NCBI GenBank assembly: GCA_964016885.1
Contig: OZ024745.1
Span: forward strand, 6,572,001-6,636,000
Source: Eledone cirrhosa
Lineage: Eukaryota
Length of the DNA: 64,000 bases
Direction: 5' to 3'
The stretch's first letter is position 1. The number at the start of each line of letters is the position of its first letter. A program made the position numbers and the translations under genes. The notes below the pieces were generated by a model, which ran no database searches, was not told where the DNA came from, and saw only the letters and a program-made list of their open reading frames with translations. Positions 13,091 to 25,400 of the stretch are shown here, in pieces.

Positions 13091-16000
13091 CTGGAGCGTG
13101 AGACATAGTAGGGTGTCTGGAGGGTGAGACATAGTAGGGTGTCTGGAGGTTGAGTTATAGTAGGGTGTCTGGAGGGTGAGACATAGTAGGGTGTCTGGAG
13201 GTTGAGTTATAGTTGGGTGTCTGGAGGGTGAGACATAATAGAGTGTCTGGAGGGTGAGACAGAGTAGGGTGTATGGAGGTTGAGTTATAGTAGGGTGTCT
13301 GGAGGGTGAGACAGAGTAGGGTGTCTGGAGGATGAGACAGAGTAGGGTGTCTGGAGAGTGAGACATAGTAGGGTGTCTGGAGGGTGAGACGTAGTAGGGT
13401 GTCTGGAGGGTGAGACAGAGTAGGGTGTCTGGAGGGTGAGACATAGTAGGGTGTCTGGAGGGTGAGACAGAGTAGCGTGTCTGGTGAGTGAGACATATTA
13501 GGGTGTCTGGAGAGTGAGACATAGTAGGGTGTCTTGAGATTGAGATATAGTAGAGTGTCTGGAGAGTGAGACATAGTAGGGTGTCTGGGGGTTTAGACGT
13601 AGTAGGGTATCTGGAGAGTGAAACATAGTAGGGTGTCTGGAGAGTGAGACATAGTAGTGTGTCTGGAGGGTGAGACGTAGTAGGGTGTATGGAGGGTGAG
13701 ACGTAGTAGGGTGTCTGGAGGGTGAGACGTAGTAGGGTGTCTGGGGGGTGAGACGTAGTAGGGTGTCTGGAGACTGAGACATAGTAGGGTGTCTAGAGGG
13801 TGAGACATAGTAGGGTGTCTCGAGAGTGAGACATAGTAGGGTGTCTGGAGGGTGAGACACAGGGTGTCTGGAGGGTGAGACAGAGTAGGGTGTCTGGAGG
13901 GTGAGACATAGTAGGGTGTCTGGAGGGTGAGACATAGTAGGGTGTCTGGAGGGTGAGACACAGGGTGTCTGGACGGTGAGACAGAGTAGGGTGTCTGGAG
14001 AGTGAGACATAGTAGGGTGTCTGGAGAGTGAGACATAATAGGGTGTCTGGAGGGTGAGACATAGTAGGGTGTCTGGAGGTTGAGTTATAGTAGGGTGTCT
14101 GGAGGGTGAGACAGAGTAGGGTGTCTGGAGGATGAGACAGAGTAGGGTGTCTGGAGAGTGAGACATAGTAGGGTGTCTGGAGGTGAGACGTAGTAGGGTG
14201 TCTGGAGGGTGAGACATAGTAGGGTGTCTGGAGGGTGAGACACAGGGTGTCTGGACGGTGAGACAGAGTAGGATGTCTGGAGGGTGAGACAGAGCAGGGT
14301 ATCTGGAGGGTGAGACAGAGTAGGGTGTCTGGAGGTTGATTTATAGTAGAGTGTCTGGAGGGTGAGACATAGTAGGGTGTCTGGAGGGTGAGACAGAGTA
14401 GGGTGTCTGGAGGGTGGGACAGAGAAGGGTGTCTGGAGGTTGAGTTATAGTAGGGTGTCTGGAGGGTGAGACATAGTCGGGTGTCTGGAGAGTGAGATAT
14501 AGTAGGGTGTCTGGAGGGTGAGACATAGTAGGGTGTCTGGAGGTTGAGTTATAGTAGGGTGTCTGGAGGTTGAGTTATAGAAGGGTGTCTGGAGGGTGAG
14601 ACATAGTAGGGTGTCTGGAGTTTGAGTAAATAGTAGGGTGTCTGGAGGGTGAGACATAGTAGGGTGTCTGGAGGGTGAGATAGAGTAGGGTGTCTGGAGG
14701 ATGAGTTATAGTAGGGTGTCTGGAGGGTGAGACAGAGTAGGGTGTCTGGAGGGTGAGACAGAGTAGGGTGTCTGGGCGGTGAGACGTTGTAGGGTGTCTA
14801 GAGGGTGAGACATAGTAGGGTGTCTGGAGGGTGAGACACAGGGTGTCTGGACGGTGAGACAGAGTAGGGTGTCTGGAGGGTGAGACAGAGTAGGGTGTCT
14901 GGAGGGTGAGACATAGTAGGGTGTCTGGAGGGTGAGACAGAGTAGCGTGTCTGGAGAGTGAGACATATTAGGGTGTCTGGAGAGTGAGACATAGTAGGGT
15001 GTCTGGAGAGTGCGATATAGTAGAGTGTCTGGAGAGTGAGACATAGTAGGGTGTCTGGGGGTGAGACGTAGTAGTGTGTATGGAAGGTGAGACGTAGTAG
15101 GGTGTCTGGAGGGTGAGACATAGTAGGGTGTCTGGAGGGTGAGACATAGTAGGGTGTCTGGAGAGTGAGACATAGTAGGGTGTCTAGAGGGTGAGACATA
15201 ATAGGGTGTCTCGAGAGTGAGACATATTAGGGTGTCTGGAGGGTGAGACGTAGTAGGGTGTTTGGAGGGTGAGACGTAGTAGGGTGTCTGGAGGGTGAAA
15301 CGTAGTAGGGTGTCTGGAGGGTGAGACAGAGTAGGGTGTCTGGAAGTTGAGTTATAGTAGGGTGTCTGGAGAGTGAGACACAGGGTGTCTGCAGGGTGAG
15401 ACAGAGTAGGGTGTCTGGAGGGTGAGACATAGTAGGGTGGCTGGAGGGTGAGACATAGTAGGGTGTCTGGAGGGTGAGACATAGTAGGGTGTCTAGAGGG
15501 TGAGACTTAGTAGGGTGTCTGGAGGGTGAGACGTAGTAGGGTGTCTGGAGGGTGAGACGTAGTAGGGTGTCTGGAGGGTGAGACAGAGTAGGGTGTCTGG
15601 AGAGTGACACATAGTAGGGTTTCTGGAGGGTGAGACATAGTATTGTGTCTGGAGGGTGAGACACAGGGTGTCTGGGGCGTGAGACATAGTAGCGTGTCTG
15701 GAGAGTGAGACATAGTAGGGTGTCTGGAGGGTGAGACAGAGTAGCGTGTCTGGAGAGTGAGACATAGTAGCGTGTCTGGAGAGTGAGACATAGTAGAGTG
15801 TCTGGAGGTTGAGTTATAGTAGGGTGTCTGGAGGGTGAGACATAGTAGGGTGTCTGGAGGGTGAGACAGAGTAGGGTGTCTGGAGAGTGAGACATAGTAG
15901 GGTGTCTGGAGAGTGAGACATTGTAGGGTGTCTGGGGGGGTAAAACGTAGTAGGCTTTCTGGAGGGTGAGACATAGTAGGTTATCTGGAGGGTGAGACAC

Positions 16001-18109
16001 AGGGTGTCTGGACGGTGAGACAGAGTAGGGTGTATGGAGGGTGAGACATAGTAGGGTGTCTGGAGGGTGAGACATAGTAGGGTGTCTGGAGGGTGAGACA
16101 GAGTAGGGTGTCTGGAGGGTGAGACAGAGTAGGGTGTCTGGAAGGTGGGACAGAGTAGGGTGTCTGGAGGTTGAGTTATAGTAGGGTGTCTGGAGGGAGA
16201 CATAGTAGGGTGTCTGGAGAGTGAGACATAGTAGGGTGTCTGGAGAGTGAGACATAGTAGGGTGTCTGGAGGTTGAGTTATAGTAGGGTGTCTGGAGGGT
16301 GAGACATAGTAGGGTTTCTGGAGGTTGAGTTATAGTAGGGTGTCTGGAGGGTGAGACATAGTAGGGTGTCATAAGGGTGAGACATAGTAGGGTGTCTGGA
16401 GGGTGAGACAGAGTAGGGTGTCTGGAGGGTGAGACAGAGTAGGGTGTCTGGAGGGTGAGACATAGTAGGTTGTCTGGAGGGTGAGACATAGTAGGGTGTC
16501 TGGAGGGTGAGACATAGTAGGTTGTCTGGAGGTTGAGTTATAGTAGGGTGTCTGGAGGGTGAGACATAGTAGGGTGTCTGGATGGTGAGACAGAGTAGGG
16601 TGTCTGGAGGGTGGGACAGAATAGGGTGTCTGGAGGTTGAGTTATAGTAGGGTGTCTGGTGGGTGAGACATAGTAGGGTGTCTGGAGGGTGAGACATAGT
16701 AGCGTGTCTGGAGGTTGAGTTATAGTAGGGTGTCTGGAGGGTGAGACATAGTAGGGTGTCTGGAGGTTGAGTTATAGTAGGGTGTCTGGAGGGTGAGACA
16801 TAGTAGGGTGTCTGGAGGTTGAGTTATAGTTGGGTGTCTGGAGGGTGAGACATAATAGAGTGTCTGGAGGGTGAGACAGAGTAGGGTGTCTGGAGGTTGA
16901 GTTATAGTAGGGTGTCTGGAGGGTGAGACCGAGTAGGGTGTCTGGAGGATGAGACAGAGTAGGGTGTCTGGAGAGTGAGACATAGTAGGGTGTCTGGAGG
17001 GTGAGACGTAGTAGGGTGTCTGGAGGGTGAGACATAGTAGGGTGTCTGGAGGGTGAGACACGGGGTGTCTGGACGGTGAGACAGAGTAGGATGTCTGGAG
17101 GGTGAGACAGAGTAGGGTGTCTGGAGGGTGAGACAGAGTAGGGTGTCTGGAGGGTGGGACAAATTAGGGTGTCTGGAGGGTGAGACAGAGTAGCGTGTCT
17201 GGAGAGTGAGACATATTAGGATGTCTGGAGAGTGAGACATAGTAGGGTGTCTGGAGAGTGAGATATAGTAGAGTGTCTGGAGAGTGAGACATAGTAGGGT
17301 GTCTGGGGGATTAGACGTAGTAGAGTATCTGGAGAGTGAAACATCGTAGGGTGTCTGGAGAGTGAGACATAGTAGGGTGTCTGGAGGGTGAGACGTAGTA
17401 GGGTGTATGGAGGGTGAGACGTAGTAGGGTGTCTGGAGGGTGAGACGTAGTAGGGTGTCTGGAGGGTGAGACGTAGTAGGGTGTCTGGAGAGTGAGACAT
17501 AGTAGGGTGTCTAGAGGGTGAGACATAGTAGGGTGTCTCGAGAGTGAGACATAGTAGGGTGTCTGGAGGGTGAGACGTAGTAGGGTGTTTGGAGGGTGAG
17601 ACGTAGTAGGGTGTCTGGAGGGTGAGACGTAGTAGGGTGTCTGGAGGGTGAGACAGAGTAGGGTGTCTGGAAGTTGAGTTATAGTAGGGTGTCTGGAGGG
17701 TGAGACACAGGGTGTCTGGAGGGTGAGACAGAGTAGGGTGTCTGGGGGGTGAGACATAGCAGGTGGTCTGGAGGGTGAGACATAGTAGGTTGTCTAGAGG
17801 GTTTGACATAGTAGGGTGTCTGCAGGGTGAGACGTAGTAGGGTGTCTGGAGGGTGAGACGTAGTAGGCTGTCTGGAGGGTGAGACATAGTAGGGTTTCTG
17901 GAGGGTGAGACATAGTATGGTGTCTGGAGGGTGAGACACGGGGTGTCTGGGGGTGAGACATAGTAGCGTGTCTGGAGAGTGAGACATAGTAGGGTGTCTG
18001 GTGAGTGAGACATAGTAGGGTGTCTGGAGAGTGAGACATAGTAGGGTGTCTGGAGGGTGAGACATTGTAGGGTGTCTGCAGAGTGAGACATAGTAGCGTG
18101 TCTGGAGAG

Positions 18110-21100
18110 TGAGACATAGTAGGGTGTCTGGAGGGTGAGACATAGTAGGGTGCTGGAGGGTGAGACATAGTAGGGTGTCTGGAGAGTGAGACATAGTAGG
18201 GTGTCTGGAGAGTGAGACATAGTAGGGTGTCTGTTGGGTGAGACACAGGGTGTCTTGAGGGTGAGACAGAGTAGGGTGAATGGAGAGTGAGATATAGTAG
18301 GGTGTCTGCGGGGTGAGACGTAGTAGGGTGTCTGGAGGGTGAGACATAGTAGGGTGTCTGGAGGGGGAGACACAGGGTGTCTGGACGGTGAGACAGAGTA
18401 GGGTGTCTGGAGAGTGAGACATAGTAGGGTGTCTGGAGAGTGAGACATAGTAGGGTGTCTGGAGGGTGAGACATAGTAGGGTGTCTGGAGGTTGAGTTAT
18501 AGTAGGGTGTCTGGAGGGTGAGACAGAGTAGGGTGTCTGGAGGATGAGACAGAGTAGGGTGTCTGGAGAGTGAGACATAGTAGGGTGTCTGGGGGGTGAG
18601 ACGTAGTAGGGTGTCTGGAGGGTGAGACATAGTAGGGTGTCTGGAGTGTGAGACACAGGGTGTCTGGACGGTGAGACAGAGTAGGATGTCTGGAGGGTGA
18701 GACAGAGTAGGGTATCTGGAGTGTGAGACAGAGTAGGGTGTCTGGAGAGTGAGACATATTAGGGTGTCTGGAGAGTGAGAAATAGTAGAGTGTCTGGAGA
18801 GTGAGATATAGTAGAGTGTCTGGAGTGTGAGACATAGTAGGGTGTCTGGGGGGTGAGACGTAGTAGGCTATCTGGAGAGTGAAACATAGTAGGGTGTCTG
18901 GAGAGTGAGACATAGTAGGGTGTCTGGAGGGTGAGACGTAGTAGGGTGTATGGAGGGTGAGACGTAGTAGGGTGTCTGGAGGGTGAGACGTAGTAGGGTG
19001 TCTGGAGGGTGAGACGTAGTAGGGTGTCTGGAGAGTGAGACATAGTAGGGTGTCTAGAGGGTGAGACATAGTAGTGTGTCTCGAGAGTGAGACATAGTAG
19101 GGTGTCTGGAGGGTGAGACGTAGTAGGGTGTCTGGAGGGTGAGACAGAGTAGGGTGTCTGGCAGTTGAGTTATAGTAGGGTGTCTGGAGGGTGAGACACA
19201 GGGTGTCTGGAGGGTGAGACAGAGTAGGGTGTCTGGAGGGTGAGACATAGTAGGGTGTCTGGAGGGTGAGACATAGTAGGGTGTCTAGAGGGTGAGACAT
19301 AGTAGGGTGTCTGGAGGGTGAGACGTAGTAGGGTGTCTGGAGGGTGAGACGTAGTAGGGTGTCTGGAGGGTGAGACAGAGTAGGGTGTCTGGAGGGTGAG
19401 ACATAGTAGGGTTTCTGGAGGGTGAGACATAGTATGGTGTCTGGAGGGTGAGACACAGGATGTCTGGGGGGTGAGACATAGTAGCGTGTCTGGAGAGTGA
19501 GACATAGTAGGGTGTCTGGAGGGTGAGACAGAGTAGCGTGTCTGGAGAGTGAGACATAGTAGGGTGTCTGGAGAGTGAGACATAGTAGGGTGTCTGGAGA
19601 GTGAGACATAGTAGGGTGTCTGGAGAGTGAGACATAGTAGGGTGTCTGGAGAGTGAGACATAGTAGCGTGTCTGGAGAGTGAGACATAGTAGGGTGTCTC
19701 GAGGGTGAGACATAGTAGAGTGCTGGAGAGTGAGACATAGTAGGGTGTCTGGAGAGTGAGACAGAGTAGCGTGTCTGGAGAGTGAGACATAGTTGGGTGT
19801 CTGTTGGGTGAGACACAGGGTGTCTGGAGGGTGAGACAGAGTAGGGTGTCTGGAGAGTGAGATATAGTAGGGTGTCTGGGGGGTGAGACGTAGTAGGGTG
19901 TCTGGAGAGTGAGACATAGTAGGGTGTCTGGAGGGTGAGACACAGGGTGTCTGGACGGTGAGACAGAGTAGGGTGTCTGCAGAGTGAGACATAGTAGGGT
20001 GTCTGGAGAGTGAGTCATAGTAGGGTGTCTGGAGGGTGAGACATAGTAGGGTGTCTGGAGGTTGAGTTATAGTAGGGTGTCTGGAGGGTGAGACATAGTA
20101 GGGTGTCTGGAGGGTGAGACACAGGGTGTCTGGACGGTGAGACAGAGTAGGGTGTCTGCAGAGTGAGACAAATAGGGTGTCTGGAGAGTGAGACATAGTA
20201 GGGTGTCTGGAGGTTGAGTTATAGTAGGGTGTCTGGAGAGTGAGACATAGTGGGGTGTCTGGAGAGTGAGACATAGTAGGGTGTCTGGAGGGTGAGACAT
20301 AGTAGGGTGCTGGAGGGTGAGACATAGTAGGGTGTCTGGAGAGTGAGACATAGTAGGGTGTCTGGAGAGTGAGACATAGTAGGGTGTCTGTTGGGTGAGA
20401 CACAGGGTGTCTTGAGGGTGAGACAGAGTAGGGTGAATGGAGAGTGAGATATAGTAGGGTGTCTGCGGGGTGAGACGTAGTAGGGTGTCTGGAGGGTGAG
20501 ACATAGTAGGGTGTCTGGAGGGGGAGACACAGGGTGTCTGGACGGTGAGACAGAGTAGGGTGTCTGGAGAGTGAGACATAGTAGGGTGTCTGGAGAGTGA
20601 GACATAGTAGGGTGTCTGGAGGGTGAGACATAGTAGGGTGTCTGGAGGTTGAGTTATAGTAGGGTGTCTGGAGGGTGAGACAGAGTAGGGTGTCTGGAGG
20701 ATGAGACAGAGTAGGGTGTCTGGAGAGTGAGACATAGTAGGGTGTCTGGGGGGTGAGACGTAGTAGGGTGTCTGGAGGGTGAGACATAGTAGGGTGTCTG
20801 GAGTGTGAGACACAGGGTGTCTGGACGGTGAGACAGAGTAGGATGTCTGGAGGGTGAGACAGAGTAGGGTATCTGGAGTGTGAGACAGAGTAGGGTGTCT
20901 GGAGAGTGAGACATATTAGGGTGTCTGGAGAGTGAGAAATAGTAGAGTGTCTGGAGAGTGAGATATAGTAGAGTGTCTGGAGTGTGAGACATAGTAGGGT
21001 GTCTGGGGGGTGAGACGTAGTAGGCTATCTGGAGAGTGAAACATAGTAGGGTGTCTGGAGAGTGAGACATAGTAGGGTGTCTGGAGGGTGAGACGTAGTA

Positions 21101-22430
21101 GGGTGTATGGAGGGTGAGACGTAGTAGGGTGTCTGGAGGGTGAGACGTAGTAGGGTGTCTGGAGGGTGAGACGTAGTAGGGTGTCTGGAGAGTGAGACAT
21201 AGTAGGGTGTCTAGAGGGTGAGACATAGTAGTGTGTCTCGAGAGTGAGACATAGTAGGGTGTCTGGAGGGTGAGACGTAGTAGGGTGTCTGGAGGGTGAG
21301 ACAGAGTAGGGTGTCTGGCAGTTGAGTTATAGTAGGGTGTCTGGAGGGTGAGACACAGGGTGTCTGGAGGGTGAGACAGAGTAGGGTGTCTGGAGGGTGA
21401 GACATAGTAGGGTGTCTGGAGGGTGAGACATAGTAGGGTGTCTAGAGGGTGAGACATAGTAGGGTGTCTGGAGGGTGAGACGTAGTAGGGTGTCTGGAGG
21501 GTGAGACGTAGTAGGGTGTCTGGAGGGTGAGACAGAGTAGGGTGTCTGGAGGGTGAGACATAGTAGGGTTTCTGGAGGGTGAGACATAGTATGGTGTCTG
21601 GAGGGTGAGACACAGGATGTCTGGGGGGTGAGACATAGTAGCGTGTCTGGAGAGTGAGACATAGTAGGGTGTCTGGAGGGTGAGACAGAGTAGCGTGTCT
21701 GGAGAGTGAGACATAGTAGGGTGTCTGGAGAGTGAGACATAGTAGGGTGTCTGGAGAGTGAGACATAGTAGGGTGTCTGGAGAGTGAGACATAGTAGGGT
21801 GTCTGGAGAGTGAGACATAGTAGCGTGTCTGGAGAGTGAGACATAGTAGGGTGTCTCGAGGGTGAGACATAGTAGAGTGCTGGAGAGTGAGACATAGTAG
21901 GGTGTCTGGAGAGTGAGACAGAGTAGCGTGTCTGGAGAGTGAGACATAGTTGGGTGTCTGTTGGGTGAGACACAGGGTGTCTGGAGGGTGAGACAGAGTA
22001 GGGTGTCTGGAGAGTGAGATATAGTAGGGTGTCTGGGGGGTGAGACGTAGTAGGGTGTCTGGAGAGTGAGACATAGTAGGGTGTCTGGAGGGTGAGACAC
22101 AGGGTGTCTGGACGGTGAGACAGAGTAGGGTGTCTGCAGAGTGAGACATAGTAGGGTGTCTGGAGAGTGAGTCATAGTAGGGTGTCTGGAGGGTGAGACA
22201 TAGTAGGGTGTCTGGAGGTTGAGTTATAGTAGGGTGTCTGGAGGGTGAGACATAGTAGGGTGTCTGGAGGGTGAGACACAGGGTGTCTGGACGGTGAGAC
22301 AGAGTAGGGTGTCTGCAGAGTGAGACAAATAGGGTGTCTGGAGAGTGAGACATAGTAGGGTGTCTGGAGGTTGAGTTATAGTAGGGTGTCTGGAGAGTGA
22401 GACATAGTGGGGTGTCTGGAGAGTGAGACA
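18110..22430 (+). repeat. Near-perfect 2,157-bp tandem duplication (HOR)
   Basis: ORFs 18497..19816 / 20654..21973 and 19170..20018 / 21327..22175 have identical translations. Markers GTGAATGGAGAG and GAGACAAATAGG recur at 2,157 bp. Confidence 0.9.
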
Positions 22431-25400
22431 TAGTAGGGTGTCTGGAGAGTGAGACATTGTAGGGTGTCTGGGGGGGTGAAACGTATTAGGCTTTCTGTAG
22501 GGTGAAACATAGTAGGGTATCTGGAGGGTGAGACACAGGGTGTCTGGACGGTGAGACAGAGTAGGGTGTATGGAGGGTGAGACATAGTAGGGTGTCTGGA
22601 GGGTGAGACATAGTAGGGTGTCTGGAGGATGAGACAGAGTAGGGTGTCTGGAGGGTGAGACAGAGTAGGGTGTCTGGAAGGTGGGACAGAGTAGGGTGTC
22701 TGGAGGTTGAGTTATAGTAGGGTGTCTGGAGGGAGACATAGTAGGGTGTCTGGAGAGTGAGACATAGTAGGGTGTCTGGAGAGTGAGACATAGTAGGGTG
22801 TCTGGAGGTTGAGTTATAGTAGGGTGTCTGGAGGGTGAGACATAGTAGGGTTTCTGGAGGTTGAGTTATAGTAGGGTGTCTGGAGGGTGAGACATAGTAG
22901 GGTGTCATAAGGGTGAGACATAGTAGGGTGTCTGGAGGGTGAGTCTGAGTAGGGTGTATGGAGGGTGAGACAGAGTAACGTGTCTGGAGGGTGAGACATA
23001 GTAGGGTGTCTGGAGGGTGAGACATAGTAGGGTGTCTGGAGGGTGAGACATAGTAGGTTGTCTGGAGGTTGAGTTATAGTAGGGTGTCTGGAGGGTGAGA
23101 CATAGTAGGGTGTCTGGATGGTGAGACAGAGTAGGGTGTCTGGAGGGTGGGACAGAATAGGGTGTCTGGAGGTTGAGTTATAGTAGGGTGTCTGGAGGGT
23201 GAGACATAGTAGGGTGTCTGGAGGGTGAGACATAGTAGGGTGTCTGGAGGTTGAGTTATAGTAGGGTGTCTGTAGGGTGAGACATAGTAGGGTGTCTGGA
23301 GGTTGAGTTATAGTAGGGTGTCTGGAGGGTGAGACATAGTAGGGTGTCTGGAGGTTGAGTTATAGTTGGGTGTCTGGAGGGTGAGACATAGTAGGGTGTC
23401 TGGAGGTTGAGTTATAGTTGGGTGTCTGGAGGGTGAGACATAGTAGGGTGTCTGGAGGTTGAGTTATAGTAGGGTGTCTGGAGGGTGAGACATAGTAGGG
23501 TGTCTGGAGGTTGAGTTATAGTTGGGTGTCTGGAGGGTGAGACATAATAGAGTGTCTGGAGGGTGAGACAGAGTAGGGTGTCTGGAGGTTGAGTTATAGT
23601 AGGGTGTCTGGAGGGTGAGACCGAGTAGGGTGTCTGGAGGATGAGACAGAGTAGGGTGTCTGGAGAGTGAGACATAGTAGGGTGTCTGGAGGGTGAGACG
23701 TAGTAGGGTGTCTGGAGGGTGAGACATAGTAGGGTGTCTGGAGGGTGAGACACAGGGTGTCTGGACGGTGAGACAGAGTAGGATGTCTGGAGGGTGAGAC
23801 AGAGTAGGGTGTCTGGAGGGTGAGACAGAGTAGGGTGTCTGGAGGGTGGGACAAATTAGGGTGTCTGGAGGGTGAGACAGGGTAGCGTGTCTGGAGAGTG
23901 AGACATAGTAGGGTGTCTGTTGGGTGAGACACAGGGTGTCTTGAGGGTGAGACAGAGTAGGGTGAATGGAGAGTGAGATATAGTAGGGTGTCTGCGGGGT
24001 GAGACGTAGTAGGGTGTCTGGAGGGTGAGACATAGTAGGGTGTCTGGAGGGTGAGACACAGGGTGTCTGGACGGTGAGACAGAGTAGGGTGTCTGGAGAG
24101 TGAGACATAGTAGGGTGTCTGGAGAGTGAGACATAGTAGGGTGTCTGGAGGGTGAGACATAGTAGGGTGTCTGGAGGTTGAGTTATAGTAGGGTGTCTGG
24201 AGGGTGAGACAGAGTAGGGTGTCTGGAGGATGAGACAGAGTAGGGTGTCTGGAGAGTGAGACATAGTAGGGTGTCTGGGGGTGAGACGTAGTAGGGTGTC
24301 TGGAGGGTGAGACATAGTAGGGTGTCTGGAGTGTGAGACACAGGGTGTCTGGACGGTGAGACAGAGTAGGATGTCTGGAGGGTGAGACAGAGTAGGGTAT
24401 CTGGAGTGTGAGACAGAGTAGGGTGTCTGGAGAGTGAGACATATTAGTGTGTCTGGAGAGTGAGACATAGTAGAGTGTCTGGAGAGTGAGATATAGTAGA
24501 GTGTCTGGAGTGTGAGACATAGTAGGGTGTCTGGGGGTGAGACGTAGTAGGGTATCTGGAGAGTGAAACATAGTAGGGTGTCTGGAGAGTGAGACATAGT
24601 AGGGTGTCTAGAGGGTGAGACATAGTAGGGTGTCTCGAGAGTGAGACATAGTAGGGTGTCTGGAGGGTGAGACGTAGTAGGGTGTCTGGAGGGTGAGACG
24701 TAGTAGGGTGTCTGGAGGGTGAGACGTAGTAGGGTGTCTGGAGGGTGAGACGTAGTAGGGTGTCTGGAGAGTGAGACATAGTAGGGTGTCTAGAGGGTGA
24801 GACATAGTAGGGTGTCTCGAGAGTGAGACATAGTAGGGTGTCTGGAGGGTGAGACGTAGTAGGGTGTCTGGAGGGTGAGACAGAGTAGGGTGTCTGGCAG
24901 TTGAGTTATAGTAGGATGTCTGGAGGGTGAGACACAGGGTGTCTGGAGGGTGAGACAGAGTAGGGTGTCTGGAGGGTGAGACATAGTAGGGTGTCTGGAG
25001 GGTGAGACATAGTAGGGTGTCTAGAGGGTGAGACATAGTAGGGTGTCTGGAGGGTGAGACGTAGTAGGGTGTCTGGAGGGTGAGACGTAGTAGGGTGTCT
25101 GGAGGGTGAGACGTAGTAGGGTGTCTGGAGGGTGAGACATAGTAGGGTTTCTGGAGGGTGAGACATAGTATGGTGTCTGGAGGGTGAGACACAGGATGTC
25201 TGGGGGGTGAGACATAGTAGCGTGTCTGGAGAGTGAGACATAGTAGGGTGTCTGGAGGGTGAGACAGAGTAGCGTGTCTGGAGAGTGAGACATAGTAGGG
25301 TGTCTGGAGAGTGAGACATAGTAGGGTGTCTGGAGAGTGAGACATAGTAGGGTGTCTGGAGAGTGAGACATAGTAGGGTGTCTGGAGAGTTAGACATAGT